Positions 1 through 10,095 of a DNA stretch of 64,000 nucleotides are shown piece by piece. The first letter of the stretch is position 1. Every line of letters begins with the position of its first letter. A program made the position numbers and the translations under genes. The stretch covers positions 64,001 through 128,000 of the forward strand of contig CAWENF010000019.1 of the NCBI GenBank assembly GCA_963810275.1, read 5' to 3'. This DNA comes from an uncultured archaeon. Lineage in GTDB: Archaea; Thermoproteota; Bathyarchaeia; Bathyarchaeales; Bathycorpusculaceae. Under the pieces are notes generated by a model. It ran no database searches. It was not told the origin of the DNA and was given only the letters and a program-made list of their open reading frames with translations.

Positions 1-1812
1 GGTTGTTGTGTCATAGCAGTAGACTATACCGTCGTAACCTGCAGCATATAGGTTGCCGTATGCAATGAGTGTGTCTCTTCTTAGTGTGTCCCATTCAACC
101 ACTAAAGTTTCGGCAGTCCATATGTTGTTGCCGTTCGTTAGACTGTAGCCGTTGAATTCTAGGGTTTCTTTGTCTTCTGTGATGAACACATTGGTTTCGA
201 AGTCAACTCCAACGATAACGCGTGTTACGTTGTTTGGAGCTGGTGAATAGTGCTTTGTCCAAAGAATGTTGCCTGCTGTGTTTCCAGTTGCATCTAAGCT
301 AACGCAAATAATGTCTGCGCCGGATCCTTCTGTTCTTGGTCCTGTTCCCATGCTGCCTTTGACAAGAAGTAATTTGTTATCAACTTGGACATCTCGATAG
401 ATAGACCAGCCTTGTCCTGTAACGGTTGGCAATGATACATTCCAGTCATACATTACCGGATCAGAGGCATCAAATGATGTTGTTGGGTACCAGTTGCCTG
501 CTCCGATTTGGCCTGGTGAAAGTTGTTGGTATTTTGATGAGTTCCACTGCATAAGGTAGTAGCTGGGGTCTGTTGTTGTACCGAGGTTTGCAAGTTGATA
601 AATTATGTATTCGCCTCTTGGACCTGCTGCTGATGCGCCGTTTGCTGAGTTAGCTGCTAGTGTTGCTGATGCTGCTGAACCTGAAGGAACGTTTGTTAAG
701 TTCATTCCTGTAAGTTTGCCAGTTCGAGCATCATATGCTGCCCAACAGGGAATACCACCGACCAACCTTCCCATAAAACCGGGTGTCCCACCTACTGTGT
801 AGGGAACAATTAAGAGGCCGTTTGGTAAAACACCGTGCTGGTTGCCGTCTTCATAACAGTATTGATAGCCAAATGTTGGTACACCTGTTTCTAGAATTTG
901 TTCACGGTCTATACGCCAGAGTTCTTCGCCTGTAGTTAGATCTACTGCGATGTAGTCTCCGCCGCTGCCTGAGTTACCGTAGGGTTCTTGGTAGTAGAGT
1001 CTTCCGTTCATGACTATTGCATTTGCGAATCTTGGGTTGTATGAGCTGCCTGTGTAGTAGCCTTCACCTAGGTTTGTGGTTGAAGTTCCGCCGACAACAC
1101 CGCCGTCTTGGATAGCTTTAGTCCACATGACGTGTGGAGTTTCAGGTCCAGCGCCGTCGGGTTGGTATCTGCCGTAACCTGCACCACCGGTAGCGGTAGC
1201 GCCACTGCGGATGTAGGGTGCGTTTAGCCAGTTAGAGGATATTTGGTACCATGCTGTGTTTGCGCCGTTTATTGGTCTTGTCCAGTATTCTGTTGGAAGA
1301 GGAGCACTGCTTAATGGGGCAGGAACTTGCTCATCTGTTACTTCGAGTACTGTCACTGCCTGCGCTGCTTTATGTACGTCGCTGTTAAAAGCGCCGCTCC
1401 AAGTATATGTTTGCTCTGGATAATCGAATGTCATTGTGTAGTTGCCTGTCATTTCGGGTGTGAAAGCGTATGCTTGGACGCCTGTTGTGTCTTCTACAAC
1501 GTCCCAGGTTTCGGTTTTGTTTGTACCGTCGGGTTGAGTGATAGTTAAGCGGTAGTCATGTCTTCGAATGTCATTATTTACCCCTGCACCCGATAAGGGC
1601 AGGTCAACCCACATGTAAATGTACACTGGTTGACCAACACCTGCTGGTGTTGGAGCTACAGAAATGTAAGCGAATGATTCAATAGTCCACGATGGTGTGT
1701 GAGCGTCTGCTGTTGAAAGAGAAGCCATTGGTAAAACCATTGATATTGCTATAAATAGTGTTACAATAGCCACAGTCCTTTTAGAAAAAATATTTTTTTG
1801 TTGCATTTCCAT
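1..1812 (-). CDS. Secreted PQQ-binding-like beta-propeller protein (runs off the left edge)
   Basis: Not in ORF track. Manual reverse translation from ATG 1812 gives MEMQQKNIFSKRTVAIVTLFIAISMVLPMASLSTADAHTPSWTIESFAYISVAPTPAGVGQPVYIYMWVD (signal peptide), with later LPTEYWTRPING and HVMWTK motifs. The same frame reads YCYDTTT at base 1. Confidence 0.8.
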   Translation of the reverse strand, partial: MEMQQKNIFSKRTVAIVTLFIAISMVLPMASLSTADAHTPSWTIESFAYISVAPTPAGVGQPVYIYMWVDLPLSGAGVNNDIRRHDYRLTITQPDGTNKTETWDVVEDTTGVQAYAFTPEMTGNYTMTFDYPEQTYTWSGAFNSDVHKAAQAVTVLEVTDEQVPAPLSSAPLPTEYWTRPINGANTAWYQISSNWLNAPYIRSGATATGGAGYGRYQPDGAGPETPHVMWTKAIQDGGVVGGTSTTNLGEGYYTGSSYNPRFANAIVMNGRLYYQEPYGNSGSGGDYIAVDLTTGEELWRIDREQILETGVPTFGYQYCYEDGNQHGVLPNGLLIVPYTVGGTPGFMGRLVGGIPCWAAYDARTGKLTGMNLTNVPSGSAASATLAANSANGASAAGPRGEYIIYQLANLGTTTDPSYYLMQWNSSKYQQLSPGQIGAGNWYPTTSFDASDPVMYDWNVSLPTVTGQGWSIYRDVQVDNKLLLVKGSMGTGPRTEGSGADIICVSLDATGNTAGNILWTKHYSPAPNNVTRVIVGVDFETNVFITEDKETLEFNGYSLTNGNNIWTAETLVVEWDTLRRDTLIAYGNLYAAGYDGIVYCYDTTT

Positions 1813-1942
1813 TGTTTCCTTTTTTGTAAGTTACTAAGTTCCTTGTAAAACGCTAATAAGTCTCACTCACTTATCGTGAGCATAAAATATAGCTAATCGA
1901 GAACCATTAAACCATAAAACGGGCAAAAAACGGTGAGTACAA

Positions 1943-2626
1943 ACGGATCCATATTCCTATCAAACACTGCGAATTATCTATGAAGTTATTTCATTCATAG
2001 TATGTCTCGTTCTTGTAAGATTCATGATTAAACCCTACCAAGTCACGAAAGAAAGCAGGTACGTGGGATTACCTCTAGGATTCGGATTTCTTGGAGCAAC
2101 CTACCTTTTATCCGCAGTCATATACGCCCAGCCACAGATTTTTGGAAATTCAACAATCTACTTTCAGCTCTTCGTAAGAAACTTTGCGTTCATCTTCCTA
2201 TGTGCAACATATTATTTCTCAAGAAAAAGCCCAGAAAGTACCAGATCACTATGGAACATAACGTTTGGAGGGCTTTTTATAGCTATAATAGCGCTATTTG
2301 TAATACTTAACATACCCGAAATCAGTCTACCAGCCTATCGACTTACGAGTATCTACAGCAGATGTTTTAACTTAATTTGCATCGTTTATATCTGTGCCCA
2401 CACTATTAGGAGTCACTTAGAATCTTCCAATTTAGACACCCTCTGGACGCCTTTCGGATATATTTTTCTTGGAATAAGCCAATACTTGGTAATTATTTTT
2501 GCTTTAGATGGCAGCTTAGCATCGTTCTTCAGTGGCTTAGCATTCCGCTGGGTTGGATTCGCCCTGTTTCTTTACGTGTCCTTCAAATCATTTTACAGCC
2601 TTAAAAAAAAGGAGCGTAACAAATGA
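1943..2626 (+). CDS. Multi-pass membrane protein (possible sensor partner of the downstream wHTH)
   Basis: About 6-7 hydrophobic segments. First ATG is at 2024, but the frame is open from 1937 and encodes an extra TM segment; putative ACG start at 1943 after GGTGA. Confidence 0.7.
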   Translation, partial: TDPYSYQTLRIIYEVISFIVCLVLVRFMIKPYQVTKESRYVGLPLGFGFLGATYLLSAVIYAQPQIFGNSTIYFQLFVRNFAFIFLCATYYFSRKSPESTRSLWNITFGGLFIAIIALFVILNIPEISLPAYRLTSIYSRCFNLICIVYICAHTIRSHLESSNLDTLWTPFGYIFLGISQYLVIIFALDGSLASFFSGLAFRWVGFALFLYVSFKSFYSLKKKERNK

Positions 2627-2904
2627 AAAAAGTCGCACGTAGAGACAAAATGAAGATCTACGGCGATTTACTGGCAGCTCTAGATGAAGAGGCAAAAAGC
2701 GAAAAAATTGTTCTAACAAAAGTTCAGGTTCGAATCAAAGTACCGTTTGACAGATTAAAGAACTACATTTCTGAGCTTATCATTCTCGAGTTAATAGAAG
2801 ACGAGTTCTCGCTGAAGCTCACAGAGAAAGGAAAACAGTACCTAAAAGAGTATGAAAAAGTTCTCGACTTCATGAAGCGAATGGGAATAGCCTATACCCA
2901 ATAA
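2623..2904 (+). CDS. Archaeal winged-helix transcriptional regulator (HTH_45-like)
   Basis: RRDKMKIYGDLL...LKNYISEL...LTEKGKQYL pattern; ATGA overlap with the upstream gene. Confidence 0.8.
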   Translation: MKKVARRDKMKIYGDLLAALDEEAKSEKIVLTKVQVRIKVPFDRLKNYISELIILELIEDEFSLKLTEKGKQYLKEYEKVLDFMKRMGIAYTQ

Positions 2905-2961
2905 GTAAGGCTTCAAAGAATTGAAGAAAAATCCCTTAAAGGAAAAGAAAAGTATACTAGT

Positions 2962-3354
2962 TTATTTTGTGCGGATGATTTTGACTCTGCCAAGAACTTT
3001 CCAGTACTCTATTTCAGCACCGGCAACTAGTTTGTCTTTAAGGTCTTCTTCATCTGGGAACGGAGCATCAATGTACTCGTATGTTTCGAGGTCCATGATT
3101 TGGATGCCATTTGGGTTAACTGAGAACACTTGACCAGCGCGTTTGTCGATAATTGGGACTTCTGCACCGCCATCTACTGATTTTACGAATTGTCTTTTCT
3201 GATTATCAAAAACGCCTATTGCAACGATTCGTGCTTTAGCTGCGCCGTGTTTTCCTGGCTTAGATTTAGCTATGTCTACGATGCGGCAGGGCTCTCCATC
3301 AATCATCATGTAGCCGCCAACACGTAATTCTCCGACATCGACTGGTTTGCTCAT
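2962..3354 (-). CDS. eif5a: Translation factor aIF-5A
   Basis: Hypusine motif SKPGKHGAAKAR. Confidence 0.97.
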   Translation of the reverse strand: MSKPVDVGELRVGGYMMIDGEPCRIVDIAKSKPGKHGAAKARIVAIGVFDNQKRQFVKSVDGGAEVPIIDKRAGQVFSVNPNGIQIMDLETYEYIDAPFPDEEDLKDKLVAGAEIEYWKVLGRVKIIRTK

Positions 3355-3622
3355 ATTTCATCACTTTTATTCTAACAAATGCATTCTCTACAACACCCAT
3401 ATATAGATTAAGGTGCCGTAGAGCTTATTGAAGTAGCATTTAACGCTTAAATTAAACGAGAAACGATAAAAACGTTCTGTTTTTCGGCGAACCTAAAAGC
3501 AAACACAAAACCTCAAGTCCCCTTGAGGCAATTAGCTCTGTGGGTAAGCATCTAACAAAGCTCTCTGCTAACTGCGAACGTTAATATAGACTAAAAATTA
3601 CCGATATAACTGAGCGTTCAAA

Positions 3623-4462
3623 ATGTTCAAAACCGTAGGTTTAGTCGCCCGATACGACCAGAAACCCGCGTTGGAACTAGCGGGCATGCTCGCAGATTAC
3701 CTTGCCAAGAAAGGTCTCGAAGTTTACATAGAAAACACACTTTATGATTTTCTCTCAGTTAAAGCACATTTTGTTCCGCTCACAGAAATGAAAACCGACT
3801 TCATAATCACCATCGGCGGCGACGGCACAATACTACGCACAGCCATAACAATCCCCAAACCCAACACACCTCTTTTAACCGTAAACAGGGGCATAAGGGG
3901 ATTTCTCACCGAAGTTGAACCCGAGTGCGCCTGTGAAGCCGTAGACCTGGTTCTCAGAGGTGAATTCAAAATCGAGAAGTCAGCCAAAATGTCAGTTACC
4001 GCAGGAAAAGAAACGCTTCCCGACGCCTTAAACGATGTAGTAATATCAACGGGTGAACCAGCTAAAATTTTGTATGCAGAAATCTGCAAGGACGACAAAC
4101 CTATCCTCAAATGCCAGGCTGACGGCTTAATCGTAGCTACCCAAACTGGCGCGACAGGGTACTCGCTGTCAGCAGGCGGACCCGTCTTAGACCCTAAGGT
4201 AGACGCTTTTGTTTTAACCCCCATATGCTCTTTAACTGTGTTTCACTCGCTGGTTTTCCCCACCGACTCAACAATAACATTTAACGTGTTGCGACCTCCG
4301 AAGATGCTGGTTTTAATCGACGGCAACTTTCGCAAGCTGATAAGCACCGACAAACTCGTAGTTACCGTAACCAGGTCAAAAAACGTAACTTCGTTTATCC
4401 GCTTCGAACCCAACTTTTATGATCGTCTGCGCAATAGGCTGCTTTTCAAGGGAACCGAATGA
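3623..4462 (+). CDS. nadK: NAD(+) kinase
   Basis: GGDGT, ND and ADGLIVATQTGATGYSLSAGGP motifs. Confidence 0.95.
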   Translation: MFKTVGLVARYDQKPALELAGMLADYLAKKGLEVYIENTLYDFLSVKAHFVPLTEMKTDFIITIGGDGTILRTAITIPKPNTPLLTVNRGIRGFLTEVEPECACEAVDLVLRGEFKIEKSAKMSVTAGKETLPDALNDVVISTGEPAKILYAEICKDDKPILKCQADGLIVATQTGATGYSLSAGGPVLDPKVDAFVLTPICSLTVFHSLVFPTDSTITFNVLRPPKMLVLIDGNFRKLISTDKLVVTVTRSKNVTSFIRFEPNFYDRLRNRLLFKGTE

Positions 4463-4992
4463 GCACACCAAAGAAACCCCATCGTATTGTGGTTTTGGAT
4501 ACGTCGGCGTTTCTGGCAGGCTATGACCCCTTCTCCGCCACAGACAAGCAGATTACTGTGCCCAAAGTTGAGGAGGAGATTTTGCGTAACTCTATGGTTA
4601 AGATGCGGTTTGAAGCCGCACTGGAAAGCGGCAAAGTCAAGGTTGCTGCGCCCTCGGCTGAGGCATCGTCGGCGGCTAAGGCGGAAGCGGGCAGCTCAGG
4701 GGATTTTCACAAGCTTTCCGAAGCTGACATGCAGTTGCTTTCGCTTGCGTTGCAGCTGAAAATGGAGGGACAGAGTCCCCAGATTGTAACTGATGATTAT
4801 TGCATCCAAAATGTCGCCAAACAGCTCCTAGTAGAGTTTAGGGCTTTAGCTACTTTTGGCATTAAGCGCCAACTGGAGTGGGTACGTTACTGTCCAGCAT
4901 GCTACAAAAAATACCCTTCTCAGAGCAAATTAAAAGAGTGTCAAGTTTGTGGTACAGAGTTGAAGAGAAAACCCAAACGACCACCTTCCTAG
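4459..4992 (+). CDS. nob1: Nob1 PIN endonuclease (16S rRNA maturation)
   Basis: VLDTSAF, LSEAD, TDDY-IQN motifs and C-terminal CxxC...CxxC zinc ribbon. Confidence 0.92.
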   Translation: MSTPKKPHRIVVLDTSAFLAGYDPFSATDKQITVPKVEEEILRNSMVKMRFEAALESGKVKVAAPSAEASSAAKAEAGSSGDFHKLSEADMQLLSLALQLKMEGQSPQIVTDDYCIQNVAKQLLVEFRALATFGIKRQLEWVRYCPACYKKYPSQSKLKECQVCGTELKRKPKRPPS

Positions 4993-6797
4993 AAAAGAAG
5001 AAGGAGCATAATCAGAAGCAACCCTTCCCCGCCGAAGATGGGGGCTGCTATTTTTTTGGCTTTATCTATTGCTTTATCAACGAGGTTTGAAATTGCGTCC
5101 AAACGTTCCTCGCCTATCACGCGCACTTTTGGGACGACGAATTGGATGCATCCTGCTTTGGAGTAGTCGAGCTTTTGGAGTGCTTTTTGAACGGCTTCTT
5201 TTATGCAGCCTATTAAAGCGGTGTGGTCAATGGCTTCTCCGACGGGGTGATACCCCTGTTTGCCCGTTACTATGCCGCTGACTTCATGTGTGTCAGTGGT
5301 GAAAACTTCGGCCATCGAGAAACCCACCGCCGCCAATTCGTTGAGGATTTTTTCTCTTAAGTAAGGAACCATGTTATTTCCGTCAATAACAATGTAAGCA
5401 GTCTTTTGACCTGCTACTTCAACTGTAATGGCGGTTACGCCGCCTGTACCCATGCCCTGCTTCGTCGTGAAGTTGGGGAAAACCGAGGCAGAACCAACCT
5501 TGAAGTTTTTCTTGGGCTGTGCAGCGGCGGCTTTTAGGCATTTTTTGGCGGCTTGCTCTAACTCGGCGATGTGTAGTCTTGTGTCATCCACGTCTGTTAG
5601 ACAGTTATGGGCGTTCACGACGATTATGTGACTTAGACCGAGGTTTTTGGCTTCCTCTTCAACAATTCGCCCCAGTTCCTGCGGCAGGTCTTCGGTGGTG
5701 TTGGGAGCAAGCGAGAAAGAAAGCAGAGCGGTGTCTCCAAATATTTGGCAGGAGGCGATGGCCGCTCCGTCGGTTTCTCTATTGAAAGCGGAGGCTTTGT
5801 TGTGGGCTGCGTGGAATTTGGCTTTGGAGAGGACTTCGGTTATGATTCGGCGATTTTGATCCTGAGATGCCAAGTCCAGTTCATGACCCAAGATGCCCAG
5901 CGGCGTGCAAGCTGAGCAGTCATACTCGGATTCAAAGTCATGTTTAAGCATGGAGGGAAGCAGGCTGCTGCCGATATTGCTAAACGGTCCCGGATGCACC
6001 AGCGGCATGACGATTGCGGCTTGGGGTTTGGTTGAGTCAAATTTCAGAAGGTTGACTGTTATATCTGCGTCTTCACCCATAGCCTCCAAGTGCGTTTCAA
6101 GAGGCTGGTTTTGATTTATTACCCAGTTGAGTAGAAAAGCTCTAAAAAGGGACATAGACGGCAGTTTGTAAGTTTTTCCTAGACGATCAATAAAGTTTAG
6201 TAACAGATAAACCGCGGTGTATCCGATTATGGGCGAGATTACTATGAAGGGTAGAAACTGTAGCATGTTGGCAGTTAAAGTTATCCAGAAAAAGAATAGG
6301 AAAACGCCTATGCATAGAGCAGGCTGAAGCAGGATTGATAGAATTTGGCGTGGCTTCGAAGATGTCGAAGTGGAAGATACCACTATGCTGCGAAGCGTTA
6401 TAACTGCAGCAAAACCCAGAAGAACAAGTTTAACCCAGAGCATCCATCCCAAAAACAAACCCAGCAATGCTCCGACTGCGGATAGGGCGATCCAGATTAG
6501 CCAGCCTACAAGCGAAATAGCTGCGGTTCTGCGCGTATTGAATATGGGGTCTCCTTTTAGGATTGCTTTTGTTACCAGCAAATCCGTCAGCGCCGTAACA
6601 GCAAAAACTGCAATACCTAAGGCTAAGCTTAGGATGTTTTGTGTTACGGCATAAGCGGTTATAGTTACGCCTATGAGGCATGTGGCCGCTACTAAGGTCA
6701 ACGAGCGCCCGTAGGAGGGCAGGGAGAATAGTGAAGAGTAGTGCTTTTTGGCATTGTCCATAGAGTTGCTCAAAGAACTTTGAATTTCGGGTTGCAT
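4989..6797 (-). CDS. DUF2070 family membrane protein
   Basis: N-terminal TM bundle, then HPGPF, HELD, NAHN, DGNN and TTDTH motifs. Confidence 0.88.
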   Translation of the reverse strand: MQPEIQSSLSNSMDNAKKHYSSLFSLPSYGRSLTLVAATCLIGVTITAYAVTQNILSLALGIAVFAVTALTDLLVTKAILKGDPIFNTRRTAAISLVGWLIWIALSAVGALLGLFLGWMLWVKLVLLGFAAVITLRSIVVSSTSTSSKPRQILSILLQPALCIGVFLFFFWITLTANMLQFLPFIVISPIIGYTAVYLLLNFIDRLGKTYKLPSMSLFRAFLLNWVINQNQPLETHLEAMGEDADITVNLLKFDSTKPQAAIVMPLVHPGPFSNIGSSLLPSMLKHDFESEYDCSACTPLGILGHELDLASQDQNRRIITEVLSKAKFHAAHNKASAFNRETDGAAIASCQIFGDTALLSFSLAPNTTEDLPQELGRIVEEEAKNLGLSHIIVVNAHNCLTDVDDTRLHIAELEQAAKKCLKAAAAQPKKNFKVGSASVFPNFTTKQGMGTGGVTAITVEVAGQKTAYIVIDGNNMVPYLREKILNELAAVGFSMAEVFTTDTHEVSGIVTGKQGYHPVGEAIDHTALIGCIKEAVQKALQKLDYSKAGCIQFVVPKVRVIGEERLDAISNLVDKAIDKAKKIAAPIFGGEGLLLIMLLLLF

Positions 6798-7049
6798 TGC
6801 ACTCGTCTTTCACTATGAAGTCAGGGTGAACTATTAAAATTTAGCTGGGTTTGCGCTACTAGTTTTTGACATTTATAACAGGATTTTCTATAACACAAAC
6901 AGCGCAACTTCATGTTTCAACAGATATGCCGCAAACCTTTCCGCAGTAAAGACGTTTTTGCTGTTTCTGCATCAGAAATCAACATGCTCAAGCGGAGATA
7001 ACGTTTTAACACTTAACCGACATCATTATTGATCCCTGAAGTATAATCT

Positions 7050-7343
7050 ATGCCCGAGCAACAATTGCCCCCATCAATATTCCAAATGCTGGAACGCAAC
7101 GTGGGCAAAAGAATCAGAGCCATAATAGACCCAGCATACGGATATGAAGGCACTTTAGTAGCGGTAACGCAGCAGCCAGCAGGTTTATGGCTCGAAGAGG
7201 TAGAGGCAATTGTTTTGCGGTCCACCATTGCGCAGCCTATTCCCCAAGTTGCCAGTCGAGAAGAAAGCGGGGACCTGCTTTTGAATTTAATAACAGTTCA
7301 AAGAATCGAAGTGCTGCCCGCTACACCAACAAGAAGTAGATAA
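7050..7343 (+). CDS. Sm/LSm-like protein (divergent)
   Basis: L..NVGKRI...YEGTLVAV...LWLEEVE...DLLLN..VQRIE resembles the Sm1/Sm2 fold. Confidence 0.6.
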   Translation: MPEQQLPPSIFQMLERNVGKRIRAIIDPAYGYEGTLVAVTQQPAGLWLEEVEAIVLRSTIAQPIPQVASREESGDLLLNLITVQRIEVLPATPTRSR

Positions 7344-7370
7344 ACCAAATAAACCCTAAGGGAAGAATGT

Positions 7371-7535
7371 TTAGAAAAAGATTTTTCCTAAAACTGAAAC
7401 AACAATCAGCGTGACTGATAGGGCAACGAGAAGTTCAGGGCGGACTTTTATGCCTTCGGTTTCTTCCTCAAAGAAGCGAAGCAAACCTGCGCTGGCTGCC
7501 GGCATTGGGCTACTATCTTTCTTTTTTCGTCTCAT
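7371..7535 (-). CDS. secG: Preprotein translocase subunit Sec61beta
   Basis: Not in ORF track. Manual translation MRRKKKDSSPMPAASAGLLRFFEEETEGIKVRPELLVALSVTLIVVSVLGKIFF* (alternative ATG at 7541). Confidence 0.93.
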   Translation of the reverse strand: MRRKKKDSSPMPAASAGLLRFFEEETEGIKVRPELLVALSVTLIVVSVLGKIFF

Positions 7536-7746
7536 ACCCATACTATTTCATTCCTTATGGTTTCGCCTTTGCCTATGCCAACGTCAGCATATTAACCTTG
7601 TGTTGAGTATCGCTTTTTTACAAAGAATCCACAGTCAGACGGCTTGCTGGCTACGGAATCTGCGGCATTTATGTAATGACTTGGGGCAAAAAACTGCGTG
7701 TGACACGGAAACTCTTTAGTTTGGGAAACACAAATCTATGTGCGGA

Positions 7747-7869
7747 GCCGGGGTGGCGGAGTGGTTATCGCGCCAGCCTCGAGATCGTATTGAAGGGTGC
7801 CAGATTCAACTGGCGGGATAGCTGGTGGGCTTCGTGCTCGCAGGGGTTCGAGTCCCTTCCCCGGCGCCA
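7747..7869 (+). tRNA. tRNA-Ser(CGA) with 36-nt intron (7784-7819) at the canonical 37/38 position; CCA encoded
   Basis: Acceptor GCCGGGG/CCCCGGC, anticodon stem CCAGC/GCTGG, CT-CGA-G|A loop, long variable arm, GGTTCGAGTCC T-arm; intron contains hairpin GCCAG/CTGGC. Confidence 0.95.
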
Positions 7870-8417
7870 TCAACATACTTTTGGACAAATCCCTGGCGTG
7901 CACTGATTGTCTTCTTCTTTTAGAGAAGAAAAAGGGTCAATTTTTTCCAAGAATAGGTGTTTTTCTTCTTTCATCTACTAAATTATTCTCAAAAGGCAAA
8001 CACTTTCTTATAAAAGAAGAAATCCCTGCAGCAGCCTTTTTTCTTCTATTAGACATGCTAAGGTTCAAAAGAACAACAACAATTGTAAAAAATCGCTTGT
8101 GGTTGTTGTATCATAGTTACGAGAAACAATTTTGTCGTCGCGCTCTTAGGAGGACTATACTAAAGGCTATGAAAACCTGCGGGAATGTACCAGTACAAAA
8201 TGGGCGCCTTGGTTTGTTATTCCTACTATTAAAAGTGGGTTACACACGCTTTAATTGCAGATATAATTGCAAAGCGATTTTATCGCGTAAAATCAATTAT
8301 CATGAAGTAGATGAGCAGAAACAAAAGGTAATTGAAGTTGCTAAAAGAAAGTCCGAATCAGATAACCAAAGACAAAGAAGTATTACCAAAAAAGATTCAG
8401 GTGCAAAAAGTTGGGTT

Positions 8418-8624
8418 TTAATTCAAGTAATTATTCCTTGCTCTGCTACTTTTTGATGCCCTGTCAATGGCAAAGCAAGTGCACGTTGATATCACTTTGA
8501 AGGCGGTTAGCACCATTCTGGTTGCCGTGCCCTCGAGAGTTGAGGCTGTTTTTAATCCTGTTGTTTTCATACTTGTTTTGAGACTTGGTTTCATTTTGGG
8601 TTCTACTCCATGTGTTCCATACAT
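8418..8624 (-). CDS. Small Thr/Ser-rich hypothetical peptide with CxC
   Basis: ATG ORF with AT-rich promoter-like upstream DNA; true start uncertain (several Met). Confidence 0.45.
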   Translation of the reverse strand: MYGTHGVEPKMKPSLKTSMKTTGLKTASTLEGTATRMVLTAFKVISTCTCFAIDRASKSSRARNNYLN

Positions 8625-9043
8625 AGACTAATATTTAGTATAATATAAAGCTGGTTAAGATTTGTTCATAACTTTTGTGAATAACATTGCATTTGACGAT
8701 TAAACATCAAACATTTTGGACATGACCTTCTTGTGTGGCTGCCGTAAAACAAAAATCGTTTTTCGGAAATATAAGGGTTAAAATCAGTTAATAAAACAAC
8801 ATGGCAAACTTGCAAGAAAAAACTAAACCTCACCACCAGCTACTCTGCAAACGGGTTACAGCATATCTTCTCCTTAAAAGCAGTCCGCAAACAGATGTTA
8901 CCTTTGAGGGTTAAACTTTGAGAACAATCCAGTTTGTGATAGGCATTGATTTAGTCAAAACGAAGCAATTTCTAAAAACAACCTCTTCAATACATGTTGC
9001 TTAATAGAAGTAAGATAGCTATTGGCTTTAGGAGAACTTTGCT

Positions 9044-9622
9044 GTGGCGAAAAGAATCTACCTTGCAGGCCCTGAAGTCTTTTTACATAACGCTAAAGAA
9101 GTTGGAGAACAAAAAAAGACGCTGTGCCAAAAATACGGGTTCACTGGAGTCTTTCCCATAGATGTAGAGGTAAACGTGGAAGGAAAAACCCCACGGCAAA
9201 TCGGGCTTGAAATAAGTTGTGTCAACGAGAACTTAATCAGAAGCTGCGATGCCGTAATCGCCAACCTCACGCCGTTCCGTGGTGTAAGTGCAGATGTAGG
9301 CACTGTCTTTGAGGTTGGGTTTGCACATGCGTTGAATAAAAGAGTTTTAGCCTATACCAACGTGGAGGCTAATTTCGCTGAACGCACAGCCAAAGCTTTA
9401 GGCGGAGAGGTTAAGCGTTGGGCTGATGGTAGGCTGCGAGACGGTTTGGGGCTGTTTGTCGAGGAGAATGAAATGGTGGACAACTTGATGGTGGACGGCT
9501 GCCTACATGCTAACAGCGGGATTTTGGTGGTGGAGCCCGCACCCGCAGGTGAGTTGCTCACTTTTTTAGGTGGCTTTGAGAAATGCCTCATAGAAGCGCA
9601 AAAAAAGTTAGCCGAAAATTAG
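9044..9622 (+). CDS. Nucleoside 2-deoxyribosyltransferase family protein
   Basis: IYLAGP, D.GTVFEVGFAHAL and NLM motifs. Confidence 0.9.
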   Translation: MAKRIYLAGPEVFLHNAKEVGEQKKTLCQKYGFTGVFPIDVEVNVEGKTPRQIGLEISCVNENLIRSCDAVIANLTPFRGVSADVGTVFEVGFAHALNKRVLAYTNVEANFAERTAKALGGEVKRWADGRLRDGLGLFVEENEMVDNLMVDGCLHANSGILVVEPAPAGELLTFLGGFEKCLIEAQKKLAEN

Positions 9623-10095
9623 TTTTATTCTTTGAAAATCGAAAAAGGCCTGCTCAATAATACAGTGAGTTCATTTAGTTTAATAAATATTTAGTAAATA
9701 TTTGTAAACCAAAAGGACAACCGCTAGTTCGACAGATAGTTAGACCTAAGTCGGTTGTTTTAAAAAGCATCCAGAAAGGTGAAGCACACATAACCTCAGA
9801 ATTTGGGTCTGCTGAGGCCCTGAATAAGGAGCAAGAGCAAATTGCAAAAGCTCTCTCACGAGTTTAGGGCAGATGATATCGTGAACTTAAGCCAGAGCCC
9901 CAGTTTCTCAAAGTATGAAACCATACTTCAAGACCCAAATTTTTATTGGAATTCAGAGTATATAGTTATTTCGATTATATAACCTTAAAAACAGAAAAAA
10001 GTAAAAACCCAACCCCATTTTTTTAACAATTTACGGAAATTAGAAAACAATTTAAAGGACAGCAAAAACACTAAGCAAAGGAACGCAGAGTCAAA

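Noticed and set aside
7747-7869. Possible tRNA-Sec/Pyl because of the long variable arm
   Set aside because: The anticodon is CGA and the acceptor stem is a normal 7 bp, so it is an ordinary tRNA-Ser.
7797-8456. 219-aa ORF after tRNA-Ser
   Set aside because: It starts inside the tRNA, has low-complexity AT-rich composition and shows no motifs; probably spurious.
9765-9800. SAM-I riboswitch-like ATCCAGAAAGGTGAAG
   Set aside because: The remaining SAM-I consensus (GCAAC, GGTGC, terminal GAT pairing) is not found.
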